Shown here piece after piece: positions 40,890-54,587 of a DNA stretch of 64,000 nt. The first letter of the stretch is position 1. Every line of letters begins with the position of its first letter. Source of the DNA: Eledone cirrhosa (taxonomy: Eukaryota); contig OZ024760.1 of the NCBI GenBank assembly GCA_964016885.1, positions 18,352,001 to 18,416,000 of the forward strand. The letters run 5' to 3'. Under the pieces are notes generated by a model. That model searched no databases. It saw only the letters and a list, made by a program, of their open reading frames with translations, and was not told the origin of the DNA. The position numbers were made by a program, and so were the translations under genes.

Positions 40890-41230
40890 TCATCATCATC
40901 ATCATCATCATTTTATATCCGCTTTACCCTGCTTGCAAGGGTGGGACGGGAACTGATTCTGGCTTGATTTCTACAGCTGGATGCCCTTCCTAACACCAAC
41001 CTCATTTACAGTGAGTGCTGGGTGCTTTTTTTGCCGTGGCACCTCCACGACCACTTTGCAGTGGAATGATATGGACCCTAGTCCCTATCATCTCATTTCT
41101 ACAGCTGAGTAAACTGGAGCAATGTGAAATAAAGTGTCTTGCTCAAGGACACAACACATCACCTGGTCTGATAATTGAACTCACAACCTTTCGATTGCAA
41201 GGCCAATGCTTTAACCATTAAGCCATGTGC
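40890..41230 (-). mobile_element. tRNA-derived SINE family B (CORE-like domain, RTE-type tail)
   Basis: tRNA head, GTGTCCTTGAGCAAGACACTT...CAGTTTACTCAGCTGTAGAAATG (CORE-like), AGGAAGGGCATCCAGCTGTAG block, tail CCCGTCCCACCCTTGCAAGCAGGG..(TGA)n. Confidence 0.85.
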
Positions 41231-41331
41231 ATAATTGCAAACGAATCGAATATTATTATTAATATTTGAAAAACTCAGATTACATTTATTGTATTCAGCC
41301 ATGTAGAGTGATAAACCATTTGTTAGTTAAT

Positions 41332-41385
<54 letters not shown>

Positions 41386-41620
41386 CCCCATTTTTATGTC
41401 TGTTTTCCATGCTTGCATATATCATCATTATCAACACCGTTTAACATCCATTTTTCCAAGCTAGCATGGGTTAGGCGTGTTGCTAGCATGACACACACAC
41501 ACACACACACACACTCTCTAGTGTATATATATATATGTATATATATATATAGAGAGAGAGAGAGTGGTAGAACACTGGAAGGTAATATCTGTAGTGGTAG
41601 AGCACTCAGTCCATGTGATT

Positions 41621-41661
41621 CCGAGCTGAAGATCCGCATAAGGTGAAACAATTGTTCTCGG
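41621..41661 (+). ncRNA. Minimal hammerhead ribozyme with weak helix II
   Basis: CCGAG-CTGAAGA-TCCGCATAAGGT-GAAA-CAATTG-TT/CTCGG: perfect helix I and ACAATTGT palindromic helix III. Confidence 0.65.
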
Positions 41662-41688
41662 TATGGTGAACTAACTGTTGTGTTACTA

Positions 41689-41735
<47 letters not shown>

Positions 41736-41736
41736 A

Positions 41737-41777
<41 letters not shown>

Positions 41778-42537
41778 CAGGGATTACTGTTATTAATGCT
41801 ACTACTACTACTACTGGCACTACTACTACTACTACTACAAAACTGTTTCTGCTATGTGAATATATTTTGGGATTTCTGATATGAGATTACAAGATATTAC
41901 GAACCCCACCCCACACACCCCCTCCCAACACCACTACAAAAAAAAAACAACAGAAAGACAGACAGGATCTGTTGATGGATGATGTCAGTGGGGTTCAGGT
42001 GGGACTGGAGTGGGGGTTCCACCAAATACACCTTACACCTTATTCATAGAAATACACCCTTACCTCACAGAAACTTCTCTATTTCTCAAAAAAATGCAAC
42101 CCCTTCATTTCATAGTAATGGACACACCCCTACCCCACCCCACACTACTTCTCACAAATACTCCCCCACTTTTAAACATTTCTCCCCCACCTTCTTAGGG
42201 GTTTACCCTGCTCCCTATTCTATAAAAAGACGAGACAAGAAAACAACAAAAGCTAGAATAAAGAAAAAAGAAATGTCTTAGGATAATTCTTGCATCTCTA
42301 TATATCAGTAATTGTTATGTGTGTGTGTGTATGTGTATTTGTATATGTGTGCGCGTGTGTATATATAAATGTGTTTGAGTATGTATATATATATATATAA
42401 ATGTATGTTTGTATGTGTATATATATGTAAATGTATGTTTGTGTATATATATATGTATATATGTGTGTGTGTATGTATATATGTATATAAATGTCTATAT
42501 GTATGTGTGTGTGTGCATGTGTATATATATATATATA

Positions 42538-42576
<39 letters not shown>

Positions 42577-42598
42577 CATCATCACCATTTAAATGGAC

Positions 42599-42635
<37 letters not shown>

Positions 42636-42835
42636 GTTATTCCGGGTTGAATCGGAGGTAACCACCATTTTTTGATACCCAGAAACAGTTCTAGTCCTGT
42701 AGAATCTCATCTATATTAAAACTATATATATATATACACACACACACACACATACATACATACATACATACATACACATATCATCATCGTTTTTACATCT
42801 GCTTTTCCATGCTTGCATGGAATATACACACACAA

Positions 42836-42892
<57 letters not shown>

Positions 42893-42893
42893 A

Positions 42894-42924
<31 letters not shown>

Positions 42925-43060
42925 ACCATTATCTTCATCAGATCTCCAAGTTCTTATATTCTATTCTCTCTCAGGAATTACAGGAATGTTGAAGTTGCTT
43001 TCTGCACATAAAAGGGTGCAATTGTTCCATCATACAGCTATTTGCTCCCCAAACAATAAC

Positions 43061-43138
<78 letters not shown>

Positions 43139-43262
43139 GAGAGAGAGATAGAGAGAGAGTTCTATATATATATATATAACTATATTACCCACTCTACTAC
43201 CCTAAGTATTGAGTACTCTGGTGCGTTATGGTCCACCTGGTTTCTTACCACACTTTCTTTGT

Positions 43263-43308
<46 letters not shown>

Positions 43309-43436
43309 TAGAAGGGGTAATTAATTTGTTGGAAGTACGACAAATATAAATATTTATAACTGATTTAGAGCACTCAACAAGTTACTAGAGTAAATATTCA
43401 ATGATATTAAATAAATACACACATATATATATAATA

Positions 43437-43590
43437 GAGGCACATGGGTTAGTTGTTAGAGGATTGGCCTTGCAATCGAAAGGTTGTGAGTTCAGTTCTC
43501 AGACTGGGTGATGTGTTGTGTCCTTGAGCAAGACACTTTATTTCACATTGCTCCAGTTTACTCAGCTGTAGAAATGAGATGATAGGGACC
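43437..43590 (+). mobile_element. SINE family B, 5' half
   Basis: Head plus CORE-like domain. Confidence 0.8.
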
Positions 43591-44974
43591 CACTGTAAAC
43601 GAGGTTGTTGTAGTAGCGGTGGTGGTGGTGGTAATGGTGGTTGTAGTAGGTGTGGTGGTGGTGGTGTTAGTGGTGATAGTAGTTGTAGTAGTAGTGGTGG
43701 TTGACTAGTAGTAGTATGAGGGAACTTTGGTTAAGTTATGTTCCAAACACTTAATGAGAAAGTTATTTTCTTAAATTGCTCCAAATTCTTGATTATTTTC
43801 AAAATTACCGACTCCACCACACTACCACTACTACCACTACAACCACAACACACCCACACCACTACCACTACCACACTACTACCTCCATACTACCACCACT
43901 ACCACCTCCATACTACCACCACTATCACTACCTGACCACATTACCACCACACCACCACCACCTACCATACTACTACCCGCACCACCACCACCACACTACT
44001 ACCCACACCACCACCACCACTACCATACTACTACCCGCACCACCACCACCACACTACTACCCACACCACCACCACCACTACCATACTACTACCCACACCA
44101 CTACCTGACCATATTGTGGTTGTCAAAAGAATGTTTTCTGTTCCCAGGGTTTACAATTACTCTATCGTTAACCTCCATAAATAATAAACTAGGTTTCCGG
44201 TGGGAGGGTGGCTGGGGTGGGGGTTGAATGAGGGTGGTGGTGGTGGTGGTGTGTGTGTGTGTGTGGGGGGGGGGGGGGGGTTTCATGTTTAATTCCAACA
44301 CCAATACCACTTCCAATACTACCACCACTAACTCCACCCAGACACCATCCCCACAACCACCATCACCACCCAGACAACACAACCAACAACCACCACCACT
44401 ATCACCACCACCGCAACACCACCTTCTCCACAGCCATCATCATCACCACATCCACGATCAACACAACCACCAAACACACACTACCACCTTCACCACTACC
44501 ACCACCACAACCACCACCCAGACACCATCGCCACTACCCAGCTATCAAACTCCACTCACAAGACATTGGTCAACCCAAGGGTTGATAGTGGCAGACACTG
44601 ACCCAAGGTGCCGCGCTGTGGAACTGAAGCCATGTGGTTACAGATCTTACACTTTAACCACCACACAGCTATTCCTGGACATCGTTACTCCCAACTCATT
44701 GTTTTAACCACTCAGCTAGTATGTCTTTTAACACTTAACATCCTGTACCACTTGAAGCCGCATTAGCAAGACAATCTCATAAAGTACAGCACACAGTACA
44801 CACCCATCTCCCACTACCATCACCAACACCACCACCACCATAACTCTTCTTCAGTCATTCCATTTCCTATGTTACTTAATCTTACATTATCACAATACTC
44901 CAATAATATAATATGTTATATATATATACATACAATATCTGAAGAGGGCTTGATAAGGATTATGTGTGTATATA

Positions 44975-45009
<35 letters not shown>

Positions 45010-45043
45010 AGATTTGAATGGATACAGTTTAGTTGAAAGGAAT

Positions 45044-45160
45044 TTATTGACACGTGTTTCTATAACAGTTACATAACCTAAAACAGCTATCTACAAACTT
45101 TTAGTTATGCAGACATTCAATATTTCAATGTTATTGTTTACTGTCATTTCATCAGAATAA
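45044..45160 (-). ncRNA. Type I hammerhead ribozyme with very long helix II
   Basis: TTATT-CTGATGA-AATGACAGT..ATAAC......GTTAT..ACTGTTATA-GAAA-CACGTG-TC/AATAA: GUC site and ACACGTGT palindrome. Confidence 0.78.
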
Positions 45161-45697
45161 TATTACTGAGGACCTATTTAGTTTTTATAGAGAATATTAG
45201 GAGGAAGGGGTGAAGTTTTATATTACAACACAACGGAAAAAACTGTATATATATATATATATATATATATAAATGAGCAGAACAAGCAATTATCAAACAA
45301 TTCTTTAAATAAATTTAAAAAAACGATTAAAATAATCACCTGTTTTATTGCTGTTTTCGACGGTTCCAAAGATTGGAATTCCAGAGAATTTCCAATGGAA
45401 AGAATTAGATCTTCAGACAGCTTATTTCCATACTATAAGGTTGCTAATCTCACAGTAAGTCAATATTTCGCTTCCTGCCTAACGCATGCGGTCAGACCGT
45501 TAAAATGGCACACACGCAAAATCAGGTCGCAAGTAAGAGCTGTTTTATTATAAACTTGTTGATAGTGCCACTAAAACCACCAGCACGATACAATGTTTTG
45601 TTCTCTACATAAGGAGAAAAATTATAAAAGGGTATGGATATTTCAACAGGCACTAGGTACCTATAGAAATATGCAAGGTGTTTATAATAGTTGTGGT

Positions 45698-45731
<34 letters not shown>

Positions 45732-45826
45732 TAGATAGATGTCAACATGAATGGATCTGTTATTTTTATCTAAAGTCATTTTTTCTAGTTCCACCCCACC
45801 ATTAATCTATTTTATTTCTCATTCTT

Positions 45827-45862
45827 TTTTCTGATGAAGGACTAGTGTCCGAAACGTTAAGA
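45827..45862 (+). ncRNA. Minimal hammerhead ribozyme in a PLE terminal-repeat fragment (45760-45950)
   Basis: TTTT-CTGATGA-A-GGAC(TAGT)GTCC-GAAA-CG-TT/AAGA. Confidence 0.72.
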
Positions 45863-46668
45863 CCCTCTTTCTGCTATTTCAAACGTTAATCTAATATATT
45901 CCTTCCATATACTGTACTGATTCTTTTGTTATTTCTGCTTACCTTTTACACACACACACACACACATATATAAACCAGTAGAGTTTAAGCAAAGCAAAGA
46001 ATTTCTGCTTTCACCCTATTACGTGATCTTTTGAATATATATATACTATAGTATAAGTTTGGTAGAAATATCGAAGGGTAAGAGCACTCAGTCCATAAGA
46101 TGAGTTAAGCATCTTTTTTTTTTATATAACAGACTGAATAAGTTGGGGTGTATAACCCAATGAAACTTACGAACCTGTATATGTCACTGTTCTAACTAAT
46201 TATACTCATCATTGATGATGATGATGATGATGATCATCATCATCATCATTATCATTTTAATGTATGCTTTCCCAGCTAGCAAGGGTTGGCTGGGTCCATA
46301 GCCGCCAAGTCAGTACTGAAGTAGAGCCACTGATCTCCTGGGCAGGCCAGAGACCTATACCTTGCTTATGTATAGTCTCATGTTCCATAAAGTACTGAGG
46401 AGAGGTTGTCATGTCTTTGACACAACTGATATATTTGTAGTGTACTATGTACTCTCTATATATATATAGTACGGTGTGTACTATAGTCCTGTAATACAGT
46501 TGTTTATATAGTACTTCAACACAAGCCATATTGAGGCCTAAAAAGGTCCTTTCCATTATTCTCTGAGATTCTCAACAGATCCCTTGAAAATGGATAATGT
46601 ATCCGAAATATATTGTGATTAAATATTACAAAAGTAACATAACCTCTGATTTCTTGTTTTCATCCTTA

Positions 46669-46704
<36 letters not shown>

Positions 46705-47040
46705 GGAGGTACATGGCTTAGTGGTTAGAGCATTGGCCTTGCAATCGAAAGGTTGTGAGTTCAGTTCTCAGACCGGGTGATGTTTTGTGTCCTTGAGCAA
46801 GACACTTTATTTCACATTGCTCCAGTTTACTCAGCTGTAGAAATGAGATGATAGGGACTGGGGTCCATAGCACTCCACTGCAAAGTGGTCGTGGAGGTGC
46901 CACGGCAAAAAAGCACCCAGCACTCACTGTAAATGAGGTTGGTGTTAGGAAGGGCGTCCATCTGTAGAAATCAAGCCAGAATCAGTTCCCGTCCCACCCT
47001 TGCAAGCAGGGAAAAAGCGGACGTAAAATGAAATGATGAT
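46705..47040 (+). mobile_element. SINE family B, full length
   Basis: GGAGGTACATGGCTTAGTGGTTAGAGC head through to a (TGA)n tail. Confidence 0.88.
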
Positions 47041-47136
47041 ATATACATATATACACACACACACGTGTATGTATGTTATATAATGTGATATCTTAGTATA
47101 TATTAGTGCTATGATTATGAAGTGGTGGTGTGTTGT

Positions 47137-47185
<49 letters not shown>

Positions 47186-47263
47186 TAACTATTGTGCCAG
47201 GATAGTTACTGATCTTCCATATACTGTACCAATTGTGTTATTTCTGTTTACCTTTAAAATATA

Positions 47264-47317
<54 letters not shown>

Positions 47318-47644
47318 TATATACATATATATATATACATATATATATATATACACCTATCCAGTATTGTGGCAGTCTGTAGCAGAGTATCTAACTGACT
47401 GCCGATATTCCGCACCCCGGGTATCTCTCTCTCACTCCCCCCACCCCCACCCCCCACCCCACCCCACCAGAAATGCTATGTAAACAATATATTTACATTC
47501 AACCCATTACTCAAACAGTCGGCCTGTTTACTGAGAAATTGGCTCATCTCAACTTCTCCGTCTTTTGTGTCGGTTGTTTTTTTTTCTTTTTAGACAACTT
47601 CTTGTGTCTTCATAGACTCCAAGGTAACTCTGATTATAGAACAG

Positions 47645-47880
47645 ATACAGGGTAGAGAGGGGGGGGGGGCTGTCTTGGTCCTGTCCCAGACACAGATTAT
47701 TCAGGGTAGAGAGGGGGGCTGTCTTGGTCCTGTCCCAGACACAGATTATTCAGGGTAGAGAGGGGGGCCTGTCTTGGTCCTGTCCCAGACAAAGATTCAG
47801 GGTAGAGAGGGGGGCTGTCTTGGTCCTGTCCCAGACAAAGATTCAGGGTAGTGAGGAGGGATTCTTTTGGTCCTGTCTCA
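47645..47880. repeat. About 48-bp minisatellite (about 5 copies)
   Basis: CAGGGTAGAGAGGGGGGCTGTCTTGGTCCTGTCCCAGAC units. Confidence 0.9.
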
Positions 47881-48002
47881 AGCAATCACTCTAGTACTGG
47901 GACAGGACTAAAAGAGTTCTATATATACTTGGTGGTGGTCACCAATCTGTCCAGCTCGTTTGTCTACCAGCATATCATGAAAAAATTATACATCTCCTAT
48001 GT

Positions 48003-48078
48003 ATTTTGTCTGAAGAGGACATGTCCTGGTTTATGTTATACATAAAACTTTACATCTTTGAAATATATATAATAAAAT
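48003..48078 (+). ncRNA. Hammerhead ribozyme motif with imperfect helix II base
   Basis: ATTTTGT-CTGAAGA-GGACATGT..TTTATGT(TAT)ACATAAA..ACATCTTT-GAAA-TATATA-TA/ATAAAAT. Confidence 0.6.
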
Positions 48079-48124
48079 AAATAGAGATGATATAAAGTAT
48101 ATATCTTTCATTTATTACTAATAT

Positions 48125-48665
48125 TGCCGAGGTTAACTTTGCCTTTCATCCTTACGGGGTCGAAAAAATAAGGTACCAGTAATGTACTGGGTAATTGCTG
48201 ACCTTGTGCCTAAAGTAGAAACAATTATTATTATTATTATTATTATGAGTTCAAATCCCGCCAAGGTTGATTTTTGCCTTTCATCCTTACGGGTTCGATA
48301 AAATAAAGTACCAGTAATACACTGGGTAATTGCTGGCCTTGTGCCTAACGTAGGGATTGGCAGTATCGGTAGAGAGTCGGACACCATGCTTTGAAGCATA
48401 GAGTTACGTCCCTTTATGATCTGAGTTCAAATCCCGCCGAGGTTAACTTTGCTTTTCATCCTTACGGGGTCGATAAAATAAAGTACCAGTAATGCACTGG
48501 GTATTTGCTGGCCTTGTGACTAAAGTAGAAACAATTATTATTATTATTATGAGTTCAAATCCCGCCGAGGTTAACTTTGCCTTTGATCCTTACGGGGTCG
48601 ATAAAATAAAGTACCAGTAATGCACTGGGTATTTGCTGGCCTTGTGCCTAAAGTAGAAACAATTA
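48125..48665 (+). mobile_element. SINE family A multimer (four bodies, one head)
   Basis: Repeated body/tail segments restarting at the B box. Confidence 0.85.
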
Positions 48666-49475
48666 TTTTTATATATATATATGTGTGTGTGTTTGTGTAT
48701 AGTTTAGAGATTGTTATGTCAGGTTACTGTTGGTTCACCAAAGTGAGCACTTGATGCTTAGTTTCCAGTATGTTCTTTGGTGTTGTACTAAGCAGAGCAT
48801 AATACTAATAAGTAGGGACGGGATATATACACACGTACGATGAAACACGTGTCGGTGTTACGCAATGAAAGTTATTCCCAATCAGCTGAATTATGGTGGT
48901 GTTAAGATATTTGTAATTTTCTATATACATATATATATATATATGTGTGTATGTGTATGTGTGTGTGTGTGTGTGTGTGTGCGTGTGTGTATACGTGTGT
49001 GTATATATGTGTGTGTATGTATATATATATGTGTGTGTGTATGTGTATATGTGTGTGTTTATATATATATATGTGTGTATATGTGTATATATATGTGTGT
49101 ATGTGTATATATATATATGTGTGTATATATATATGTGTGTGTGTGTATATATATATATGTGTGTGTATATATATATATGTGTGTATATATATGTGTGTAT
49201 ATATATATATGTGTGTATATATATATATATGTGTGTGTGTATATATATATGTGTGTGTATGTGTATATATATATGTGTGTGTATGTATATATATATGTGT
49301 GTGTATGTATATATATATGTGTGTGTATGTATATATATATGTGTGTATATATATATATATATATGTGTGTGTATATATATATATGTATGTATATATATAT
49401 ATATGGGTGTGTGTATATATATATATATGTGTGTATGTATGTATATATATGGGTGTGTGTATATATATATATGTG

Positions 49476-49526
<51 letters not shown>

Positions 49527-49711
49527 GTGTGTGTGTGTATATATATATATATATGTGTGTGTGTGTATATATATATAAGTGTGTATGTATATATATATAT
49601 GTGTGTATGTATATATATATATGTGTGTGTATATATATATATATGTGTGTGTATATATATATATATGTGTGTGTATATATATATATATGTGTGTGTGTAT
49701 GTATATATATA

Positions 49712-49744
<33 letters not shown>

Positions 49745-50066
49745 GTATGTGTATGTGTATATATATGTGTATGTATATATATATGTGTGTGTGTATATAT
49801 ATATATATATATGCGTGTATGTGTATATATGTGCATGTATATATATATATATATATATACTTCTGAAGTAAAACATTACCTTACCTGAAATCCAATCTCA
49901 TCATAGGTGTTTTCTAAATTTATCCCCATTCGTCAGCATGTGACTTCATTACTAAAATATATAATCCAGTTTAAAAGATGGAATTATATTTCCACCTATT
50001 TCAGGTAGATGTATATATATATATATACACATACATATATATATATATACACATATATATACACAT

Positions 50067-50118
<52 letters not shown>

Positions 50119-50304
50119 CATGAGAAGAAAGAAGAATACTGCGTGGTTGCACATAGGTTACATATGATAAAAATAGTCCTTCGTCAGTGATTTTCCAACC
50201 ATCATTGGTATTTCATCGCATTATATATATATACATACACACACACAGATATATACACACACATATATATATACATACACACACACATATATATATATAC
50301 ATGT

Positions 50305-50715
50305 ATACGGACAGCAATGCGACATGGGCATTGCGTGCAGAGGACCTGCGCAGACTGCAAAGGAACGAAGCATGCATGTTCCGTTGGATGTGTAATAGTA
50401 ATATACGTGAATGACAAAGCATAAATGAACTAAGTGAGAAATTAGGAATAAGGGGGATCAGATGATGTTTACTTCAGAGAAGTCTACGTTGGTATGGCCA
50501 CGTGATGCGCATGAAAGACAACAGCTGCATAAAAAAGTGCAGGGCGATCAAAATTGATGGTAGTTACAGAGTAGGTAGACCCAGAAAAACCTGGGACGAT
50601 TTGATAAATTCCGACCTCTCTAAGACAATGTCAGTGGACCGAGATCTTTGGCGCTACGCAGTAATACAGAAGACCCGCCTTGCCTATGTACAAAGCGAAA
50701 GCTACAGTCAGTAGT
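50305..50715 (+). mobile_element. Decayed RTE LINE ORF fragment
   Basis: ATWALRAEDLRRLQRNEACMFRWMC ... LRWYGHVMRMKDNSCIKKC..GRPRKTWDDLI, interrupted by stops. Confidence 0.8.
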
Positions 50716-51174
50716 CACCTCTTAACCAAATATACACCCCAATCCACTACCCCTACTCCATCCTCCCACTCCCACCAACACCACCCTCTCTCTGTAAAGT
50801 TGGTACCACAACATCCAGTCCAAATAAATGAGATAATGAGATCAAGGTTGTGTAGGTGTCACAACAAAAAACACACAGTCCGCGCTGTAATGTGGCCGTG
50901 TAGGTAACACGGTAAAAAGTTCCCAGTTCCACACTGTAAATGTGGTTGGTGTTAGGAAGGGCATCCAGCCGTAGAAAACCTGCCAGATAGTCCTATATGA
51001 GCGAGACATTGTAACCCGACCAACCTTGCCTCAAGTGGGATAACTCCCGTCTAACCCATGCTAGCGTGGAAGATGGACGTTAAACGAAGATGATGATGAT
51101 ATATATATATATATACACATGCATATATATATATATATATACATACACACATATATATTTATACACACACACAT

Positions 51175-51233
<59 letters not shown>

Positions 51234-51340
51234 TATATATATATACATAAAGACACACACACACATATATATATATATATACATAGAGAGGCACACATAT
51301 ATATATATATATACATAAATACACACACATATATATATAT

Positions 51341-51381
<41 letters not shown>

Positions 51382-51470
51382 TATACACATACATATACAT
51401 ATATATATATATACACACATACACACATATATATACATATATATACATACACACACATATATATATATAT

Positions 51471-51501
<31 letters not shown>

Positions 51502-51875
51502 CACATATATATATACACATACATATATATATATATATATATACATACACATATATATACACATACATATATATATATATACACACATACACATATATAT
51601 ACATACATACATACATACATACATACATACATACATACATACATACATACATACATACATAGAGGAGATAAGGAAGTTAAATTGGTTTCTAGTTCTGTCT
51701 AGTTTATAGCATTAGGTTATGCTGTGTTATGTAATTGGTTAATCTTAAAGATCATATTGTATATCATCATCATCATCATCATCATCAGTGTCATCATCAT
51801 TATCATCATCATTCACATATATATACATTATACACCCACCACTCTACACACAGTTACATATACACACATATCATA

Positions 51876-51912
<37 letters not shown>

Positions 51913-51918
<6 letters not shown>

Positions 51919-52089
51919 TCTACTTTAGGCACAAGGCCAGCAATTACCCCAGTGCATTACTGGTACTTTATTTTATCGACCCCGTAAGGATGAAAGGCAA
52001 AGTCAACCTCGGCGGGATTTGAACTCAGATCGTAAAGGGACATAACTCTATGCTGCAAAGCATGGCGTCCGACTCTCTACCGATACTGC
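51913..52089 (-). mobile_element. SINE family A, head truncated at a palindrome
   Basis: Family match ending at CCGATACTGC. Confidence 0.85.
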
Positions 52090-52192
52090 TTCTTACTGTG
52101 GCCCCTAGACGACATGTGTGTCCCTTAAGGATATATATATATATATATCCTTAAGGGACACACATGTCGTCTAGGGGCCACAGTAAGAAGCA
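52087..52192. repeat. Perfect 106-bp palindrome centred on (AT)9
   Basis: TGCTTCTTACTGTGGCCCCTAGACGACATGTGTGTCCCTTAAGG-(AT)9-exact reverse complement. Confidence 0.97.
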
Positions 52193-53134
52193 CCCAGTAC
52201 TCACTGTAAATGAGGTTGGTAGACCAAGCCAAGATCAGTTCTGTATGAGCAAGACATGGTCACCTGATGTGGTGACACTGCCCACAACAGGACAACCCGT
52301 CTAACCCATGCTAGCAGTGATGATGATGATGATGATGGTCTTACTAATGTATATATATATCATTGAGGGAAAGAGCTTGATATAAAATATGAAGGAGAGA
52401 GAGAGGATTAGAGGCAGATAGAGAGAGTGTGGGTGTGTGAGAGAGAGTGTGTGGGTGTGAGAGAGAGAGAGTGTGTGGATGTGGTTGTCAATGTACCTCA
52501 ACCCCTGTCATGCTCCATCCCACCCCCAAACACTCACACACCGCCACAATCCCCTCCCCAACCCTACCACCACCACCTCCTCCACCCAACCACCACCACT
52601 CCACCTCACCACCTACCACCTCACCCCACCATCACCTCACCTTACCCCAAACCATCTCAACTAAAGTGAACTGCTACCAATTTACCTCAGACCCTGTTCC
52701 ACCACCCTACCCCACCCCCCACCACCACCCTACCCCACCCCAGACCATCTCAACTAAAGTGACCAGCTATCAATGTCCTCACCCCACACAAAACTGTCAT
52801 TTAAACCATAATTAGGCCATAATTAGGACAGTTTATATCAACTACTTAATTACATATTTCAGCTGATTCTCCCCCTTCTCTCTCTCTCTCTCTTTCTCCC
52901 TCTCTCTCACACACACTCTCCCTCTCTCTCACACGCCCTTCTCTCTCTCTCACACACTCTCCCCTTCTCAATCTCCCACCATTGCTTTCTCTCACACACC
53001 CTTTCTCTTCTCTCTCCCCTTCTTTCTCTCTCACACACACATACTCCCCCCCCCCCTCTCGCACTCCCTCTCTCTCACACACACATACTCCCCCCCCTCG
53101 CACTCCCTCTCTCTCTCACTTAGACATTTTTCAT

Positions 53135-53330
53135 GTAACCATAGAGATAGTGGAGTGAGTGGTATTAGAAACAGTGGTGTGGTGTGGTGTTCATGTTATC
53201 ATGGTAACGATGCCCAAATCTTCATGTTCAAATCTTTTCTTTATGTAACCATGGCAACATTGGCAGAATGAATGGTAGAAGCCCCCAACCACAGCGCCAC
53301 CTATTAGAGTCTCACCACAGTTAGATTGGT
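53135..53330. promoter_or_regulatory. Cluster of three RFX X-box-like motifs, a CTCF-like motif and an inverted CCAAT
   Basis: GTAACCATAGAGAT (53135), GTTATCATGGTAAC (53195), GTAACCATGGCAAC (53245), GCGCCACCTATTAG (53294), GATTGG (53324). Confidence 0.55.
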
Positions 53331-53884
53331 CCCCCCCCCCACACACACACACACAATGGGGCTGAGCTGGTGACATAGGGTTGAATTTGAACTCACAATG
53401 TAAAGATTCAGTACAGATACTACTGTTCAGTGTTCTAACAACCCCGTCACTCTACTGACTCCATGGACTGGTCCTTTATTTATCTTGGCTTCTGTGGAAT
53501 TTGAACCCTGACCACCGATCAGTGGAAGAAACATTTAAACCCAGATCAACAAAATAAACTTTGAGCCCAGAACATAAATCTGTGGAACAAACATTTGAAA
53601 ACAGATCACAGATCAATGAAATAAATGTTTAAACCCAGAACACAGATAGATCAGTGGAATGAATTTTTGAACCCAGAACTCAGATCAACAAAATTAACAT
53701 TTGAACCCAGAACAAGGATCCAATACTAAAAAGCATGTTATTCAGCTACTTCTTCACTCAATCATCATGATCCATATACGCATTACATGTCTGTACCAGC
53801 ACAGTCTTCTCTACATGTACACAGCATATAATTCCTCTTGTACCCAGGTTTATCTCCTAACTAATCTGCGCTTCACATATGCAT

Positions 53885-53933
<49 letters not shown>

Positions 53934-54064
53934 CAGTTCCCATATGGGCAAGACAAGGTCAGCCGACTGGAAACTGCCCACAGCAGGACAACCCGTCTAA
54001 CCCATGCTAGCGTGGAAGAACGGGCGTAAAACGGTGATGATGATATATATATATATATATATAA

Positions 54065-54397
54065 CATCATCGTCATCATCATCATTTTACGTCCGCTTTT
54101 CCCTGCTTGCAAGGGTGGGGCGGGAACTGATTCTGGCTTGATTTCTACAGCTGGATGCCCTTCCTAACACCAACCTCATTTACAGTGAGTGCTGGGTGCT
54201 TTTTTGCCGTGGCACCTCCACGACCACTTTGCAGTGGAATGATAGGGACCCCAGTCCCTATCATCTCATTTCTACAGCTGAGTAAACTGGAGCAATGTGA
54301 AATAAAGTGTCTTGCTCAAGGAAACAACATATCACTCGGTCTGAGAATTGAACTCACAACCTTTCGATTGCAAGCCCAATGCTCTAACCACTAAGCC
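54065..54397 (-). mobile_element. SINE family B
   Basis: Family match. Confidence 0.88.
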
Positions 54398-54406
54398 TAC
54401 CTAACA

Positions 54407-54457
<51 letters not shown>

Positions 54458-54587
54458 TATACATACATATATACACACAATCTCATTATCTTTTACATGG
54501 TAGAACAAAACGAGAGCTAATTTGAGTGATTAATAATAATTCTTTTTTTTTTCTTTCTGGAATTTAACATATTTACATTAAACAATA

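Noticed and set aside
46705-46780. tRNA-Ala-like sequence
   Set aside because: It is the SINE B head. It lacks a proper acceptor stem and continues into the SINE body.
49878-50010. TTTCAG|GTAGAT as a second ratchet point, with an inverted TACCTGAAAT nearby
   Set aside because: Weak donor and modest polypyrimidine tract. A short inverted repeat explains it equally well.
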